A DNA stretch of 64,000 nt from Octopus sinensis (GCF_006345805.1 NC_043000.1:159836001-159900000), one strand, 5' to 3'. Counted from the stretch's first letter, positions 39,697 to 53,372 are shown. Notes: generated by a model not told the origin, from the letters alone. A program made the numbers and translations.

Positions 39697-39885
39697 CATA
39701 TAAATATATATGCATACATATATGATGGGATTCTTTCAATTTTCGCATACCAAATCCACCCACAAAACTTTGATCGACCCGAGGCTATAGTAGAAGACAT
39801 TTGCCCAAGGTGCAACGCAGTAAGACTGAACCCGGAGCCGCATCGTTGGGAAGCAAGGTTCTTGCCACACAACCACTCCTGCGCC
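39158..39885. mobile_element. Two family A SINEs tail to tail: + strand 5' half (39158-39320) and - strand full copy (39435-39885)
   Basis: Both match 357-748; joined by (TA)n. Confidence 0.88.
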
Positions 39886-40181
39886 TATATACATATGGAT
39901 ATATATTAAGAAAAAGGAGGCTCTCTGAATTTTGGATAATTCTTTATATAGCACTTTTGTCCATTCATGAGGGCTTCAAAATAAGTATTATAGAAAGTTT
40001 CTTAGCTTCTATACAAATGTGTGTGTGTGTATGTGCATATATACTTATTTGTGTATATAAGTATATGTAGAGACAAAAACACAGACACACACGCACACAC
40101 GCAAATGCGCACATATACACACAAACACAAATACACACACATATGGACGCAGTCCGATGACTGAAGCAAGTAAAATATGTA

Positions 40182-40950
40182 TCTCTTATTATAAAAGGCA
40201 GATTTTATCTGCCTCCCTTTGTCAGTTATAGAAATCTACAATATAGGATTTCTTCAATTACAATTTACCTAGCATTTTTAAGAGAAGAATGCATCGGGTC
40301 ATGCCAGGTCCAGTTTTTAAAATTTAAACTCCAATTAAGCAAAATTTACAGAAAACTCACATTCTGGTGTGTATGTCAAATGCTTTTCTTAATGTGGTTT
40401 ACACCACACGCACACGCACACACACAGTGTGCTACGAATAAAATGAAAGTAATTCACTGTGTGTGTGTTGACAGGTAGACAATAGAATGCGATGGCGATG
40501 GCGATGGCGATGTAATATTTGTTTCTGTCTATCACGCTGATAGATACATGAGTAAAATGTATGGCAAGCTAAGAGATAAGAGTGAGTGAAAATGTTCTTG
40601 GAAGAGAGTAAATAGCGAGAGTGATTTGAGGAAGACTTTACATTAAATAACCGTAGTGGCTTGTATATATATATATATATACATACATAAGACAGTAAGG
40701 TGTGATTTGAGGGAGATTTGGCTGCTATTTCTACCATGTCTAGCTGCCATGTAGGGGTCTCCCTCATAGGCTCATACATACATATATACATAGATAAGAC
40801 AGTAAGGTGTGATTTGGGGGAAATTTGGCTGCTATTTCTACCAGGTCTAGCTACCATGTAGAGGTCCCCCTCATTGGCTCATATATATATACATACATAA
40901 GACAGTAAGGTGTGATTTGAGGAGATTTGGCTGCTGTTTCTACCAGGTCT
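40182..40950 (+). mobile_element. Helitron family 2 5' portion followed by three tandem units of about 105 bp
   Basis: Homologous to 24778. AAGACAGTAAGGTGTGATTTG at 40689, 40796 and 40899. Confidence 0.75.
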
Positions 40951-41019
40951 GTTAGGCCTTCTCATGTAAACTCAAGCTTTCTCATGCCTTGAACATAAGA
41001 CCAAAGCAGAGAATGTATT

Positions 41020-41235
41020 CTTTTATTCTTCTGCTTTTTCCAGCCATTGGTCTGTGGCCATGCTGGGGCAATGCCTTGAAGAATTGTAGTTTAATGAATC
41101 AACTCTAGTTTTATTTTTGTAAGCATTGTACTTATTCTATATGTTTCCTTGTCAAACCCTAGGTGACAGGGATGTAAACAAACCAACATTCGTTGTCAAG
41201 CAGTGGTGGAGGACAATCACAAGCACAGACACGCA
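41020..41235 (-). mobile_element. Diverged 3' half of SINE family A
   Basis: GGCCATGCTGG..GTTGTCAAGC motifs in reverse orientation. Confidence 0.65.
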
Positions 41236-41326
41236 CACACACACACATAATGCATACACATATACACACATACATACATACATACATACATACATGCATA
41301 TATATATATATGTGTGTATATATATA

Positions 41327-41583
41327 TTGCAGCGTGGAAGGTGTTTGTAAGCCATTTAAGAAACACACAAAAACCGTTAGATTCACTTCAACATTTAAAT
41401 TTATTTGCCAAAATATTTTCCTCGCTTTGAGACCGCGACCTGTTCACTGACAAAAATATCGTGCTAACAGGTCGCGGTCTCAAAGCGACGAAAATATTTT
41501 GACAAAGTAAATTTAAATGTTGAAGTGAATCTAACGTTTTTGTGTGTTTCTTAAATGGCTTATAAACACCTTCAACGCTGCAA
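41327..41583. repeat. Inverted repeat, about 118-bp arms and 21-bp spacer (Penelope-like terminal repeat)
   Basis: 41327-41444 is the reverse complement of 41466-41583 with a few mismatches. Confidence 0.95.
41404..41456 (-). ncRNA. Minimal type I hammerhead ribozyme fold with a G3:C8-swapped core
   Basis: UUUGUCA-GUGAACA-G-GUCGC(GGUCUCAAA)GCGA[G; C in the other arm]-GAA-AAUAUU-U^UGGCAAA: 7-bp stem I, 5-bp stem II, palindromic stem III. Confidence 0.75.
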
Positions 41584-41749
41584 CTGTTTTCGTTCCAGCA
41601 CACGATCTCAGATCAAGTCACTTGCTATGCAAGTTCATCTCTGTAACTATATATATATTTATATATATGTATATATATATGTATATTGGTAAAAACAGTA
41701 AGATAACAAAAGAAAGAAAGAGACCTCAATATTATGTAAATAGAGGAAA

Positions 41750-42143
41750 TCTTTATATATAAAAGTGAGGTTGTGTGTCTGTCTCCTACGATTTAGATTC
41801 CTAACTACTCCCACATTTTGCGGTGCAGTTTAACCAAAACCGGGTATCTTATAGTCGTGATTCATATCGAGACCGTCTGGGTATTAGCGCGCGTCTACAA
41901 TGAGTCTACGATTTAAAAAAAATTTACCATCAATTTTTCCCATTTTTAATCCATTTTTGAGATATATAAGGGAAGTAACTCTCTAAAATTTACTATTATA
42001 TCTCAGAACGTAAAAAGCTACAGTAACACCCCTCCCCCTTTGTGGTTAGCCATATTGAGATGGCTATTATACTTTACATCTCTAAAAATGCTTATATAAT
42101 TATTTCCCTTACAAACCCGAGCAACGCCGGGCGATACTGCTAG
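41750..42143 (+). mobile_element. Complete non-autonomous Helitron, family 1
   Basis: A|TC start, hairpin CCCGAGCAACGCCGGG, CTAG|T end. Confidence 0.95.
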
Positions 42144-42181
42144 TGATAATATAATATAATGTCATATAACATATATATCTG

Positions 42182-42252
<71 letters not shown>

Positions 42253-42829
42253 GTATCTGATGGACGCGTCTGAAAGGATTGGAGACAAACACTTTCCTCT
42301 CTGGTCAACCTCTCATCAACTTCTTCAAGTACCACTTGAAAAGGAAAGTGAGAGTAGAGAGGCAAGTTTTGTCTAGCGAATGTTTTAAAAAAAGATGGGT
42401 GAATGTAGCAAGGATGGCACGTATGAATGACGAAGCCACCTTGAGCATAATCCTATGAACCCAGAAATTGAAAACAGAGGGTTACCCACTTGCAAACAAA
42501 TGTGGTAACATATAACAATATTGACCAAGGTTACCGTGGTCTTTTTCGTAGGCTTTTCTTCCCACAGATAAACCTTACTTGCTTTCCCCTTTACACCATA
42601 CATCATAACACTGTGATACACGATCCCTATTGATCGTTTTTTTCCTCTTCCCCTTTTTCTTCTTTTTTTTCATTTCTCTTTTCTTTTGTTCCTTTTCCTT
42701 TTTTTATTTTTTAAAATTTTATTTTTTGTTCTTTTTTTTCCATTTTACGATCCCCCAAAAGCAAAGCTCTACCTTGTAACTTGTCCCATCTGTGTGCAGC
42801 CCTGTGTGGCCAATAAAGAAACTTATCCA

Positions 42830-42842
42830 TCCATCCATCTAT

Positions 42843-42896
<54 letters not shown>

Positions 42897-42992
42897 CATC
42901 TATCTATCCATCCATTCATCCATCCATCCATCCACTATCTATCTATCTATCTATCTATCCATCCATCCATCCATCCATCCATCCATCCAGCC

Positions 42993-43062
<70 letters not shown>

Positions 43063-43089
43063 TTACTTATCTATCTATCGATCTGTCTG

Positions 43090-43185
<96 letters not shown>

Positions 43186-43186
43186 C
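42830..43186. repeat. (TATC)n/(TCCA)n compound microsatellite
   Basis: Directly visible. Confidence 0.95.
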
Positions 43187-43266
43187 ATCCCTCTTTATAT
43201 ACACATATATATATGCATATATATGCGTATTTGTTTTTGAGTGTCTCGTGCGCACATGCATATTCG

Positions 43267-43307
<41 letters not shown>

Positions 43308-43755
43308 ATATGAACGTAGTTTGTATGTTTTATGCCTGTTGATTTCGTGCTGTCTGTAGGAAAATTGTAATAGAATGAGGACAATAGTTTTCTTTATTGC
43401 TAAGCTATTCTGCGTTTGTTATTTTGAAGGGAGGGTTTAGTTATCAATGCTTAAAAAGAATAAATGGTCGTTCGTGTTTCTAAAGGAGGTAGGGGCTTGT
43501 CTGTTGTCAGGAATTTCTCATTTTATACACATAGATAATAATCTGTATCCATCAACATTTATATTGAAAATACTTTCACACAAAACAATTCCAAAGCCCG
43601 CTTTGTGGATGTACAGAAAATTTCTTGGTTTTTACATTTTATTGTTGAATACCATGAGCCCTTGTATGCGGTAAGAGACACCACCGAAAATTTAATCTCT
43701 GATGGGTGTTTACACGAACACCCACAGCTCAGGACATATAATAATGATGATGATG

Positions 43756-43798
<43 letters not shown>

Positions 43799-44013
43799 CA
43801 GCAATAATAAGAAATAATGTTAATAACAATTTCTTTATTACACACAAGAGCACGAAGCGATAAAATATAATACAATGAAAGTTAAACAGTGAGCATAAAG
43901 TACATGTGCTTTTAGGACCGACAATTTATGTAGATAAGAGTGTGGGGAAAAAACCTTGTGCGGAATAAATGAGATTATAAATAATAGTGATGATAATTAA
44001 AACAAAATCACAC

Positions 44014-44044
<31 letters not shown>

Positions 44045-44271
44045 GGGCGGCGAGCTGGCAGAATCGTTAGCACGCCGGGCGAAATGTGTAGCCGTATTTC
44101 GTCTGCCGTTACGTTCTGAGTTCAAATTCCGCCGAGGTCGACTTTGCCTTTCATCCTTTTGGGGTCGATAAATAAAGAACCAGTTTCGCACTGGGGTCGA
44201 TGTAATCGACTTAATCCGTTTGTGTGTCCTTGTTTGTCCCTTCTATGTTTGGCCCCTTGTGGGTAGTAAAG

Positions 44272-44276
<5 letters not shown>
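44045..44276 (+). mobile_element. SINE family B, full length
   Basis: Matches 19058-19291. Confidence 0.92.
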
Positions 44277-44301
<25 letters not shown>

Positions 44302-44302
<1 letters not shown>

Positions 44303-44462
44303 CGAGAAAGAAGCAACAAGAATGGATTAGTTTTTAGTACAATTGTTTCATACAAAGACAGGCTTTATAAAAGTTGCAAATATTTGCAACTTTTAATAAA
44401 GCCTGTCTTTGTATGAAACAATTGTACTAAAAACTAATCCATTCTTGTTGCGTCTTTCTCGT
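44302..44462. repeat. Zero-spacer palindrome, about 80-bp arms
   Basis: Centre GTTGCAAAT|ATTTGCAAC at 44381/44382; about one indel and one mismatch between arms. Confidence 0.96.
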
Positions 44463-44665
44463 TTATAATCACCCCACATTACTGTATGGTTAACACCATA
44501 TAGTTTTCTGGTGCATCTAAGTTAAGTACCGCATTCAAGTAAATTCATTAGAATTGACTTGAATCTTAATTGCTTTTATTGTATATATATATATATATTA
44601 TATATATATATACATACACACACACACATATATATATATATATACATATATTGTAATATATATAT

Positions 44666-44720
<55 letters not shown>

Positions 44721-45290
44721 TACGTACATATGTTTTCATATATATTCATCTATATATGCATATACATATATCTATCTATCTATCTTTTTTCGTGAATTAT
44801 TTTTTTCTCGTGAATTGTTTGCTCCGTATTGGAATTATTTTCACATTGGTGGCTGCCATGATTTCGGCGCAAAATAATTCAGTTGCAGCGCAGGCTTCAA
44901 AACCACGGGTTGGGAGTCTCTATCATGGTAACGTGTGCTGAGGAATCTGAGGCTATTTTTGCCAGTGAAGAAACCGGTCCATGTATGTCCAAATATCTAA
45001 ATGTACGTAGCCCGCTTGCATTCGGAGGTTGATTTCTCTAGTGATTAGCAGTGTATACTGGCGATTTAAATAAGTGTTTTGACTGTTATTTCCAGCAGGT
45101 AGACATACGTAGTATGTCCTTTGATTAGTTTTAATCCTTCAGCTATTTAATCCCTTTTGTGAGGGGTTTGTAATCTCCTATATTATTGATTCTGTTATTA
45201 TTATCTTAAAATTGTTACACTAGATGATAACAGTGTCAATGGTATCTTTGCAAATTATTTTTTCGTGAATTATCTGCTCCGCCTTAAAAT

Positions 45291-45321
<31 letters not shown>

Positions 45322-45348
45322 ATATATATATATTATATATATATATAC

Positions 45349-45407
<59 letters not shown>

Positions 45408-47119
45408 CGCGTGTGTGTGCGCGTGTGTGTGTGTTGTTAAAAACTACTTCAGCTGAACTGATTACGTATCTTCTCCAATACTAATCATTCAAAAATATAC
45501 GATGACCAACATTTGGGTCATATTTGGTGAGAGAGTGCCCGTGCTTGAGATATTTGACATCTAAAACCTCTATTAAATATACTAACAAATTTTATTAATC
45601 CCATCTCTTACTCAGTCAACATCTTTACCTGGATTGCCCTCACGTGCGCTATTTATATAATTCCTATTAGCTCATTAATGACATTTAAAAAAAGGCTGTG
45701 AAATACGTTAAATTCAGCAAGAAGATGGATTTTACATCACCTCTCTTGAGGTAGACTCCACCTCACCAAAGAGATACTCCTTTTGATAACGTATAGACTG
45801 TCTTTAATTGGAGTTGAAACCCTTATCTGAAAGCTCCTCCTCTTGAAAAGAAATGGACTCTTTGCTCTTTTAAAGCTTATTACAACTTTTGGTACCTTTC
45901 TCTTTCGTTAAGATATATTTCTAAAGGAAAAGAAGTAGGAGGGGTAGAGATGAAGAGCAATCACTAGTTGCGACAACGTTATCTTGTAAGCAGAAACGCA
46001 AACACACGAGCTGGCAGCCTTCTTCAGCCGCCGTTTGGTAAGTGATTGTAGTGAATCTTCCCTGTTGAAAGGGATCCTGTTTAATCAAGTTTCAACTGTT
46101 TCTGTAGTGCTTCTAGGTGAATCTCATTGTCCCGACTGGTTATAGCCGGGAGAGGGAAATATTGGGACGTACCTGTTGCTGAAGATGGAGAGACTTGCGT
46201 TGACCAATCCAGTGATGTACACACTTCCAACTTATACTACGGCGGCAACTTAGAACCAGCAACACACATGACATACTTCCTGTTTAATTATTTTTAGCCT
46301 TCTGAAAAGAAAATCATTGCGTAGCTTTTCCAGACATCTGTATAGCCGGGCTTCCTGCTGCAGCTGTTGGGTTTTAAAGCCTTCCACTTTGCACCTCCTA
46401 CAAGGTGCAGTTCTGGTTTTATGGTTATGCGTGTTCATTGGATATCTACGTCCGTGTTGATCTTACACGAATACATAACTGAATTTTACTTTGGCATTGA
46501 CTTCCTATATTAATTGTGATGTGAAAGTATCTATCGACGTTGTCGATAGCTAATATACAGCTATACACCTCATAATAAATACGTGTTTTAAATAGGTTTA
46601 ATCTCACTCTCACGTTTGTTAACTGTGGGATTACATCTTACAGTCTCATGTATATTCAGATGTTCAGGAACAAACCCAAAAAGATCTAAACACAGTGGTC
46701 AATGAAAAAATAAACAGAGAGAGAAATAAGCATGGCCAATAAATCCAGAACGCATGCACACAAACAAACACACACAGAAGGGAGCCTCTAAGCGATGCTT
46801 GAATTGGGAGCCCAGTGGCCAAATCTCGCACTAAAATTAAAATTAGTTGTTTGGTAGAGAGAAAGAAAAGAACAGATTGAACATTTTAATCTTATAGATG
46901 AAGAGAAAAAAAGCAGAAAAGTAAAGAGTAATTGCTCCCTACAGAGCGTCTTGATCATGACTCTACTTGATCGATTTTCACCAGAGAATAAATGACACAG
47001 AGACCCGCAAATGTCGCGCTCACTCACGCACACTTACCAATACAACTTTGCACATACAAGTTTGTGCACGATATACAAATTGTATTTTAATCACACAATT
47101 GTGTGGAAGCACTCCGTCG

Positions 47120-47487
47120 GTTACGACGACGAGGGTTCCGGTTGATCCGAATCAACGGAACAGCATGCTCGCGAAATTAACGTGTAAGTGGCTGAGCACT
47201 CCACAGACACGTGCACCCTTAACGTAGTTCTCGGGGATATTCAGCGTGACACAGAGAGTGACCAGGCCGGCCCTTTGAAATACAGGTACAACAGGAACAG
47301 GAAGTAAGAGTGAGAGAAAGTTGTGGTGAAAGAGTACAGCAGGGATCACCACCACCCCTGCCGGAGCCTCGTGGAGCTTTTAGGTGTTTTCGCTCAATAA
47401 ACACTCACAACGCCCGGTCTGGGAATCGAAACCGCGTTCCTATGACCGCGAGTCCGCTGCCCAAACCACTGTGCCAGTGCGCCTCCA
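47120..47487 (-). mobile_element. tRNA-derived SINE, family D
   Basis: Minus-strand head GGAGGCGCACTGGCACAGTGGTT..GGTTTCGATTCCC (A and B boxes), followed by a non-tRNA body. Confidence 0.8.
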
Positions 47488-50263
47488 CAATCACACAATT
47501 AACATACTTCTCACATAAAAAAACGTGTACAGACACAAGGTGTTTAACATAGACAAACTCGCATAACAGCAAAAACTGGATACTTCGCTTGACACACATA
47601 GTTCAATATAGTACCAAGCTCGTTATTCATTTCAAATCACCTCTTTATATAGTTTAGGTATTAAAAGAAAAACAGAAAATAACCGCACTGCAGGAAATAA
47701 GGTAGTTGCAGAGACCAATCCTATATTTAAACCATTTCGTTGAGAAAGTTTATTAACAAAGAATACATGGAATAACAGTAACAAATGGCGAGCGACTACT
47801 CACAAAATACATGAAAAGATAAAATATATTTATTTACACACACTCCAGTTACAGGCATCTATACACGCATGCGAGGAACACAGTCATTGTTTCAAACAAT
47901 GGGGGAAGCTATATGGGTCCCTAAAAATTGCAGCATCACCCCTTTTAACCTTTTGCCTGTTCAAAGGATTTCTGTATAGTCGTTCAAACGTGCCTGCTTC
48001 TTTCCAGAATTTTGTTTAGCTCTTGTTTCATACGCTGTGAAGAATATAGAGCTTGTCTTCATAAGTCCTAACTTACCCTGATAGCTGAAAGAAATTGGGA
48101 ATGCTTATCATATATGATGTATGGGCTCGAAGAAAAATATGATACACAAAATATATTTCCTTGGTGCCCATGCTTCCTGTGTATCACACGTGAAACATAG
48201 TATAAACAAAGAGTTGAATCAGACATCACCGTCTTAAAGAAAGTAAGAAAACGTCAGCTTGCGTTTATTCGAAGTACATTAGATCTGAAACAAAATAACC
48301 GAAGTGTTATGTCTGGACTATCCTTGACCGAAAGTCTGTTCAATTGGAGCCGATATCTTTATTATACTAACACCGATATCTTTATTATACTAAGTACAAT
48401 GACATTGACGATTCCCTCTGGTTTAAGAAACATAGACATGAAATTTTATGGGTAGCTAGAATGGAGAAGACAGTTCACATTTAGTAAGAGTATATATTCT
48501 ACACGCAGTGGTAAAAAACCGATCTACTTCTGAAAAACTTTACAGAGATACTTGACATGGAATCGCTTGAACAAAACCAGGGAAAAACGGATAGGTATTA
48601 AAGAATTTAACTTGAAAACCACCAGAGATATAAAGCATGAAATGCAACAGTACAAGTAAATACCGGTAAACTCTACTCCTACGATAGATGCAGTAAAATA
48701 ATATGATATATGAAAAGAAACTGCACACACCAGAGTAGGATAAAACAGCACACTACAAGAAATATTAGCAGTCGTGTATACAGTCTATCATTGGAGAATG
48801 GCATAAAAAATAAACACGGACAATATTACAATAGAAGTATCTCTAGGTAGTTTTAGTGATAAGCTGAAGAGTACAGTCCAATCTATATCAGTAATATTTA
48901 AAATAGAAAGAGAAATGGAAAATATTTCGGAATAATCCTCCTCACAGTTTAAATGCATTCAGAAATGTAAATAGAATGTTTCTGTTACTGATTAGCAAAC
49001 ATTACCCACGCATACATAATGTCTTGTGTTGTCATAGAATCTTAATTCTAAAAAGAAAAATTAAAAAATAAAAATAAATTTAAAAAACATTTTCTGTTAA
49101 GGTTAGATATAGCTGTTTGGGGGAATAAAGGATCACAAATACCGGGCCACAAATTCATAAATGTGACAGAAACAATCCAACCGGAATGTAATTGTCAGTA
49201 CACGACTTGATGTCCTGTGGGGTGAAAATATTTGCTAAAAGAAATAATGGAATAAATATAAATTTAGTAGATAGTTCGGGAAATACATATACGGAGTTGT
49301 CGAAAACTATTCTAAAACGTGATTAATACAATACAGTCAGTTGCTTAAAATCAAGAGAAAAAGAGTGCGACACTACTTTCAAAACTCATTTCATTTTGAA
49401 AATAAAACGGATAAATCAGTCCCGTGATACAATAGAGAATAGTTTGCAACAGCAAAGACAGACAACGATCGACAAGATCTCTATGGATAACTGAAAAACT
49501 GAAGGTCCCGACCGCGCACGATGATATTTTGAATGTAGGGAAAGAAATTTCCTTGCTCTCTGAAAGATGGTAGTAAAAATCTCCCTCCATCACTATCTTA
49601 CTGTCAAAATGTGAGTGCGGCATGAGAAATTTACTCTCTCATATACAAGAGGACAAGATTGCCACGCTTGGAGAGTTGTAAGCATAGTCTCAATTCCATT
49701 ATCATTAGCAATATGACTGATGTTGCTTAAATAGAAATAAAAATTGATAGAGATAATTTAATTAAAAGTTGTTACAGAATTCGTAATTCAGCAGATGGGT
49801 ATACAGACACATTATAAATTCGTAACAGATATGTTTTTATGAACAGTGAAATCAGAACACAAACGGTCCAAACTAGAAAGGGTAAAATATGTTGTCTGAT
49901 GTTCTCACAATTCCAGCAGCACATTGAACATTTCACCCAAATAATTAGCAAATTTTAACGGAAGCATATGTGATAGGATAGCCGATTAAATATCAACACC
50001 AGCATAATCGTGGAAATTTTCTGTACAGTTTTTGAAAATGAAGTAAAGCCGACTCCTGAGAGAACTAAACTAACAGACCTGAGTGATAGAAATAATCAAT
50101 GCATGTTTTCAGTACGGTGTTCAACATTTTCACCATCTTTCCTGCATTCTGAGATTATAGATTTGTGAAAATAGATGTACATAAGTCTGAGACCTTCCTA
50201 TCATTAGTTGTCGTTGACGCCTTTCCTTAAAGACTGGGTCACTGATATAATTTGCTGAGAAGT

Positions 50264-50264
<1 letters not shown>

Positions 50265-50306
<42 letters not shown>

Positions 50307-50489
50307 GCTACTACTATGGTGTTAAGTATCGTGGACAGGTTACTGTCTGCTCTTACAGAATTAATTGGAGTAAGTGAAATCGAGAGCAGCGAGAACTGAA
50401 ATGGAAGTAACAACAACAACAACAACAGCAGCAGCAGCAACAACAACAACAACAACAAAAACAAAAACAACAACAACAACAACAACAAC

Positions 50490-50528
<39 letters not shown>

Positions 50529-50530
50529 TT
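50265..50530. repeat. (CTA)n and (CAA/CAG/AAT)n trinucleotide arrays
   Basis: Directly visible. Confidence 0.95.
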
Positions 50531-50544
50531 TGAACAATACCAAC

Positions 50545-50930
50545 CAGTTCAAGGGACAGGTGTAAGTCTATTACATCGACTAAAGTGCTCAACGAGTACT
50601 TAATTTATCGACACAGAAAAGGTGAAAGACAAAATTAACCTTGGTGAAACTCGAAATCAGAACGTAAAGACGGACGATATGCCGCTCAGCATCCTACCCA
50701 CCGTGTTAGTGATTCTGCCAGCTCGTCGACTTGATAACAATAACCCATTCTACTAAACGTACAAGGCCTGAAATGTTGTGGGAGGGGCTAGTCAATTACG
50801 TTGACCCACGAAAGGATGAAAGGCAAAGTCTACCTCGTCGGACTCAGAACATCAGAACATAAAGACGGACGACATGCCGCTAAGCACTTTTCCCGGAGTG
50901 ATAATGATGCTGCCAGTTCGCCGTCTTAAT
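50545..50930 (-). mobile_element. Two diverged family B-variant SINEs
   Basis: GAAAGGATGAAAGGCAAAGT..CTCAGAACGTAAAGACGGAC..CTGCCAG(C/T)TCG in reverse orientation, twice. Confidence 0.75.
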
Positions 50931-51184
50931 AATAACAATAACAGCAACAACAGTTGTACGAAAGCTTAATGACTTTGCTTTTTAAGTGATTAAAATTGGG
51001 ATGACATGAGTACCCGATATCCCTTGATACGTCTTACATTCCAGTATTACGGATGCCAACCGTTCATAAAAGCCGCCCCAATATTTTGGAACTATGTCAA
51101 CCATGCTATTACAAGTCCCAAAAACAAATACGCTTCAACGCCTCCGAAAATGGGGATAAAACAACAATCTAAGGCGATGTCTAC

Positions 51185-51560
51185 GTACATACATTCATAA
51201 ATACATACATACATACATACATATATACATACATACATACAGACATACATACATACATACACATGCATACATACATACATACATACATACATACATACAT
51301 ACATACATACATGCGTACGTACATACATACATACACACATACATACATACACACATATATACATACATACATGCGTACGTACATGCGTACGTACATACAT
51401 ACGTACATACATACGTACATACGTACATTCACACATACATACATACATACATACATACATACATTCATGCATACATACATACATGCATACATACATACGT
51501 ACATACATACGTACATACATACGTACGTACGTACGTAAATACATACATATATACATACAT
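51185..51560. repeat. (CATA/CGTA)n array
   Basis: Directly visible. Confidence 0.95.
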
Positions 51561-51816
51561 AATGTGTGATAGTATGGGGAAAATAAAAAAGGGAGATGGG
51601 AATGAAAGGAAGTTAGAATGGGGTAATTTGGGAAGATGTTATAAACATATATTAGAGTCTAACACACAAAACTATACAATTTCTATGCGCTGAGATATAC
51701 GACGACTGAGTTTTATAGACGAAGACAGCATAATAACCTACAATAGCATTACTGTAAACTGAACAAGGAGCGAAGCTAAATAGTAAAGATTTACACACAC
51801 ACACTAGTGTGTGTAA

Positions 51817-51874
<58 letters not shown>

Positions 51875-51934
51875 TATATATATATGCATAGCTATATCCA
51901 TATAGATATATATATATATATCCATATATATATA

Positions 51935-51997
<63 letters not shown>

Positions 51998-53313
51998 ATA
52001 TATGGATCTATATATATATATATATATATGGATATATAGATAGAGAGATATATGTGTGCGTGTATAAATGCATGTGTATTTGTGTGTGTGTGTGTGCGTA
52101 GCAAACAGGAAAAAGAATGTAGGAATATATACTCTTGTAGATTGACAAAGGTATTTAATCCCCTCAGACAAAAATCATTCCTTGCAAGGCGACCGAGAAG
52201 GCCGGTAATTGGAATATAGAATTGAACAAGATGTATGTAGAGACGACGAAATAATAATAAAAGTAATAATGACATCAAGTGTAAGTTATCATTTGTGTGA
52301 GAAAGTTTCACAAAATCTAAAGCTCTCTCTAGGGTAGGGTATAATTTATTTTCGCTCTACCATGTGATGCTCATTTGATAGTGATGTTGATTTACAAGCA
52401 AGAATAATGTAGCGTGCCAGAAACTAATGTAATTAACTATTATATAAACAAAACCCGAAACCTCTATTATTATATCTTCATCGTATACAATAGCTGTCAC
52501 TCGCATCTTGAGTATGAATGACCGATTAAGCGAACGCCTATTCAGGAATCCATTTAATGTCAGTGTTTACGGAACTTTCTCATAGACTGCCTGTCACTTC
52601 ACAAGTTTTAATAACGAGCTGATCTGAGTACATAATTTGAATAATAACTTTCACCACAACTATTAACAATGCGGTATAGTTGACCACTGAATGGGGGGGG
52701 GGGAAAGCAGGCTGACCTAAACTTCACAATAAAGCAAACTTGTATAAACATCTCCGAAAACGTGAAATAGATACCTCCAACTATGGCGGTATTAAGTGGT
52801 CGATGAAGGAAAAACATCGCCCCGAATGCATAGAAAAGACAATCCTGCGTTGAAAAGAATTTAACATCCGAACCCGCACATAATCTCATATTCCCTCCTG
52901 TATATAACAATGGAAGTTATCCCTGAATGTGTAGTTGTTTATTGATATACGAAGAGCATTATTAGAATAATTGTTTTTGTTTTAAATATAGTTCAGCATT
53001 CAATGCAGCTATTGACATTTTGACCTGTAACCCAACATTATGCTGATTAATGAGTGCTTCACCTACCCTAGAAATATATTAGTATTTTACCATATCTGGT
53101 ATCAGAATGCATTGTCATTGTAAAACACAGGCATACGCAAAGTAAGACCAGAGTGTATGTATGTATGTATGTATGTATGCATGTAAGTATGTATGTATTA
53201 TATGTATTATGTATGTATGAATGTATGTATGCATGCATGAATGTATGTATGTATGTATGTATGTATGTATGTATGTATGTATGTATGTATGTATGTATGT
53301 CTGTGTGTATCTG

Positions 53314-53372
<59 letters not shown>

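Noticed and set aside
48250-50180. Possible third decayed Penelope or other LINE on the minus strand
   Set aside because: The composition fits, but I could not recover a convincing RT motif by eye.
52608-52910. 100-aa hydrophobic ORF or exon candidate on the minus strand
   Set aside because: The acceptor is plausible, but the donor is weak, the antisense frame is also open, and I recognise no homology.
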